Shown here: positions 15,517-17,561 of the stretch, in pieces | Position numbering within the stretch: position 1 is the first letter of the stretch | How the letters are laid out: each line of letters opens with the position of its first letter | Source: Methanocella sp. | GTDB lineage: Archaea > Thermoproteota > Bathyarchaeia > Bathyarchaeales > Bathycorpusculaceae | Direction: 5' to 3' | Length of the DNA: 17,561 bases | Assembly (NCBI GenBank): GCA_050261115.1 | Contig: JBLNCY010000040.1 | Location: forward strand, 1 to 17,561 | Notes under the pieces: model-generated | What the model saw: the letters and a program-made list of their open reading frames with translations, nothing else | Database searches by the model: none | What the model was told of the DNA's origin: nothing | Program-made: the position numbers and the translations under genes

Positions 15517-16098
15517 ATGATACCCAAACAAAGCAAAGCAAAACAAGTCTCAATAATGGCCGTGACTGCCGCACTATTTGCAATATTCTTCTACCTCTCA
15601 CACATCATCGCATTACCCAACTTTACCTTCCTCTACCTACCCATCATCCTGCTGGGCGTCGTCCCCATATGGTTTGGATGGAGCGGCCTAGTAGGCAGCA
15701 TGATAGGCGCATACATAGGCGGCGTCTACGTAGAAGCTCTACCCCTCCATTTAGCATGGGTAGAAGTAACCACCGTGTTAATCATCTACAGCCTAAACTG
15801 GCTCTTAATCCCCAAATTTGCCGCCGAAGCAAAATCCACCAAAGGCCTCATAGCACTCATAAGCGTATACGCCGCCTCACTCCTAATCGGCACAGTCGCT
15901 ATACTCTGGCAGTTCGTCGCAGTCGGCTTATTCCCGGCAGAAATCGCTTGGCCCCTACTGCCCGGCGTTTATGCGTTAAACCTGCCGATTGTAGCGATTG
16001 CCTGCCCAGCCCTACTCAGGGCTGTCTCTCCAAGGCTGCAGTCATGGGGCATCTACTCCGGCAACTTTACCGACTGGCGAACCAAAAGAGCAAACTAA
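15517..16098 (+). CDS. Integral membrane protein resembling a solitary ECF S component (QueT-like)
   Basis: 193 aa with about 6 TM helices. Helix 1 MAVTAALFA contains an AxxxA pattern. FGWSGLVGSMIGAYIG is a glycine-rich motif typical of S components. Confidence 0.65.
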   Translation: MIPKQSKAKQVSIMAVTAALFAIFFYLSHIIALPNFTFLYLPIILLGVVPIWFGWSGLVGSMIGAYIGGVYVEALPLHLAWVEVTTVLIIYSLNWLLIPKFAAEAKSTKGLIALISVYAASLLIGTVAILWQFVAVGLFPAEIAWPLLPGVYALNLPIVAIACPALLRAVSPRLQSWGIYSGNFTDWRTKRAN

Positions 16099-16202
16099 AC
16101 ACCTTTTTTCCTCACCTTTTTCTCTAAACGATTTTCTGCTGCAGTTGTATTGGTGGGTAACGCTTTTATGTCATCAACAGCTAACGCTTTTGGCGGTTGA
16201 AT

Positions 16203-16757
16203 ATGAAACTACGCATCCTAAAATTAACCCTTGAACAATTCGCCAGCTTACTCCAGGGCAAACCCGTCGCTTTTTCTTCAAAGCTGCCAAACGATTTAGA
16301 AGTGCTCGACACAAAGGTTGATTTATTCACAAAACAAGTCGCAATAGTCCTCAGAAGCGACAGCTTTGAAGACGTCAATGAGTCCTGCCCTGTCCCTGAA
16401 TTCGTCCCCTGCACAACCTCCGCTTCAGCCACCCTATCAGCATCAGCCGCCCAAGAAGTCAAACCCGCCCCCAAACCAGCTATCCCAACTCTAAACCTCG
16501 AGCCAAAACACGAAAGCCCCGCAGTCGCCAAACCGGTGCCTCCACCGTTAAGTCGCTATGCCGCAAAAATGGAAAACGAATTCAGCCCAGACCAACGTAA
16601 ACTTCTCAGTTTCACCGTTAAGGGAGACGCTGTTGTAGTTAAGCCTGTGACGTTTCTGAAGGCTGAATGGGATGACATAAATGATGTTGTGCGTAGTTTG
16701 GGTGGTCGATGGGTTAAGGGTGACATAATTAGCTACTGGGAAATCCCGCTACAATAG
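16203..16757 (+). CDS. Hypothetical protein, two small domains joined by a Pro/Ala-rich linker
   Basis: N-domain MKLRILKL...FEDV..CPVPE, low-complexity linker, C-domain LLSF...VKPVTFL..EW.DINDVVRSLGGRWV...YWEIP. ATG 16203 preferred. Confidence 0.8.
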   Translation: MKLRILKLTLEQFASLLQGKPVAFSSKLPNDLEVLDTKVDLFTKQVAIVLRSDSFEDVNESCPVPEFVPCTTSASATLSASAAQEVKPAPKPAIPTLNLEPKHESPAVAKPVPPPLSRYAAKMENEFSPDQRKLLSFTVKGDAVVVKPVTFLKAEWDDINDVVRSLGGRWVKGDIISYWEIPLQ

Positions 16758-16820
16758 CTTGATTCTGACAATAAAGCCTTTAAACGGTTATTACTATTTC
16801 AGAATGCGAGTTGACTCCAT

Positions 16821-17210
16821 ATGGAAAACGATAAACCCTTAACTAGAGATGCCCTAATTTCTATGCAAGTAATTGACGCTAAAGGCCGCTTGGTAGGTAA
16901 AGTAAAGGATATTGCGTTTGCAATTGGCAAAAACGGTATCGCCCTAACCGTTGAAGGCAAAGACGGACAAGTTACGAATGTGGCTTGGGAAGAAGTTCAA
17001 GCAGCCTCCGACTTTATCGTACTTAAACCTGTCATGGCTCAACCTGTCTATCAGCAAAGCAACCTGCAGCAAGACGCAGCTCAAGCAGTCCCCGTTCAGC
17101 AGCAACCCGCCACGCAGACTCCGCCGCTGTGTCCATCCTGTGGTAAACCGCTTACTTGGATTCCCCAGTATCAACGCTGGTACTGTTACAACGACAAGAA
17201 ATACGCCTAA
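16821..17210 (+). CDS. PRC-barrel domain protein with a Gln-rich linker and a C-terminal zinc ribbon
   Basis: LISMQVIDAKGRLVGKVKDI...VAWEEVQAASDFIVLK is the PRC-barrel pattern. C-terminus CPSCGKPLTWIPQYQRWYCYND. TATA CTTTAAA at about 16778. Confidence 0.85.
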   Translation: MENDKPLTRDALISMQVIDAKGRLVGKVKDIAFAIGKNGIALTVEGKDGQVTNVAWEEVQAASDFIVLKPVMAQPVYQQSNLQQDAAQAVPVQQQPATQTPPLCPSCGKPLTWIPQYQRWYCYNDKKYA

Positions 17211-17405
17211 TCAGGAAGCCGATTGCTTCCGTTTATTTCATTTTTTCTGAATTTTAGTTTTACCATAATTTACATGCAAAAAGAAACTACCCGCAATCTG
17301 TTGAACACAGTGCTAAACAGTGCCGTTGCCAGTCCGTTGGAAGCTGTGCAAGAGGCTCCATGACTATCTCTAAAGCGAAAAATTAACTATACCTGTAAAA
17401 AAAGG

Positions 17406-17561
17406 TTAGTTTTGGATTGGGCCTTCTATGATGGTGACTGCGCCGTTTTTGCCCAATCGTAGCTGTCGTTCACCTTTAAAGCTTGCAACATGAGCGCCTT
17501 TTATTTCAACGATGTCGCCTGGGTGGACAGTATTAACTTGCTGGTCCCAGAGGCAGAGCAG
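17406..17561 (-). CDS. 3' end of an OB-fold single-stranded DNA-binding protein (SSB/RPA-like); truncated by the window edge
   Basis: Not in the ORF track. Manual translation gives LLCLWDQQVNTVHPGDIVEIKGAHVASFKGERQLRLGKNGAVTIIEGPIQN*, matching the archaeal SSB pattern LW...GD.V.I....V..F.G..QL. T-tract after the stop on the minus strand. Confidence 0.82.
   Translation of the reverse strand: MLCLWDQQVNTVHPGDIVEIKGAHVASFKGERQLRLGKNGAVTIIEGPIQN

Noticed and set aside
15345-16127. 260-aa + strand ORF, and other overlapping or antisense ORFs (e.g. 3567-4172, 2560-2997, 9288-9779, 11742-12197)
   Set aside because: Shadow frames of better-supported genes, with no recognisable motifs.
17288-17362. 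24-codon minus-strand ORF and short repeats (CACTGT x2, AACGG x2) in the last intergenic gap
   Set aside because: Too short, with no convincing RBS, motif or stable fold to support a call.

Overview
Archaeal genomic DNA, probably Bathyarchaeia (inferred from gene content, TATA/BRE promoters and a bulge-helix-bulge (BHB)-type tRNA intron). Left to right: the trailer end of a CRISPR array (37-bp repeat, 13 perfect copies plus 1 degenerate, 13 spacers, no cas genes in view); a small membrane ORF; a nickel-type ECF transporter operon (nikMNQO/cbiMNQO-like, minus strand) under two tandem NikR-like operators; larB divergent from larC-larE (nickel-pincer nucleotide cofactor synthesis, no larA in view); a ~600-bp intergenic region; tRNA-Leu(UAA) with a 40-nt intron at the non-canonical position 22/23; a GNAT; a stand-alone Lrp/AsnC ligand-binding domain; a coiled-coil protein; a multi-zinc-ribbon protein; a candidate 89-nt sRNA; a membrane-anchored S8 protease; an S-component-like membrane protein; a hypothetical protein; a PRC-barrel/zinc-ribbon protein; and the 3' end of an OB-fold SSB/RPA gene. 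The most unusual signal is in the intergenic region 7176-7750. It holds two tandem, diverged, non-coding units on the minus strand. Each has a promoter-like block and a full BHB splicing motif predicted to release a 120-nt or 114-nt structured, probably circular RNA outside any tRNA, rRNA or mRNA host.
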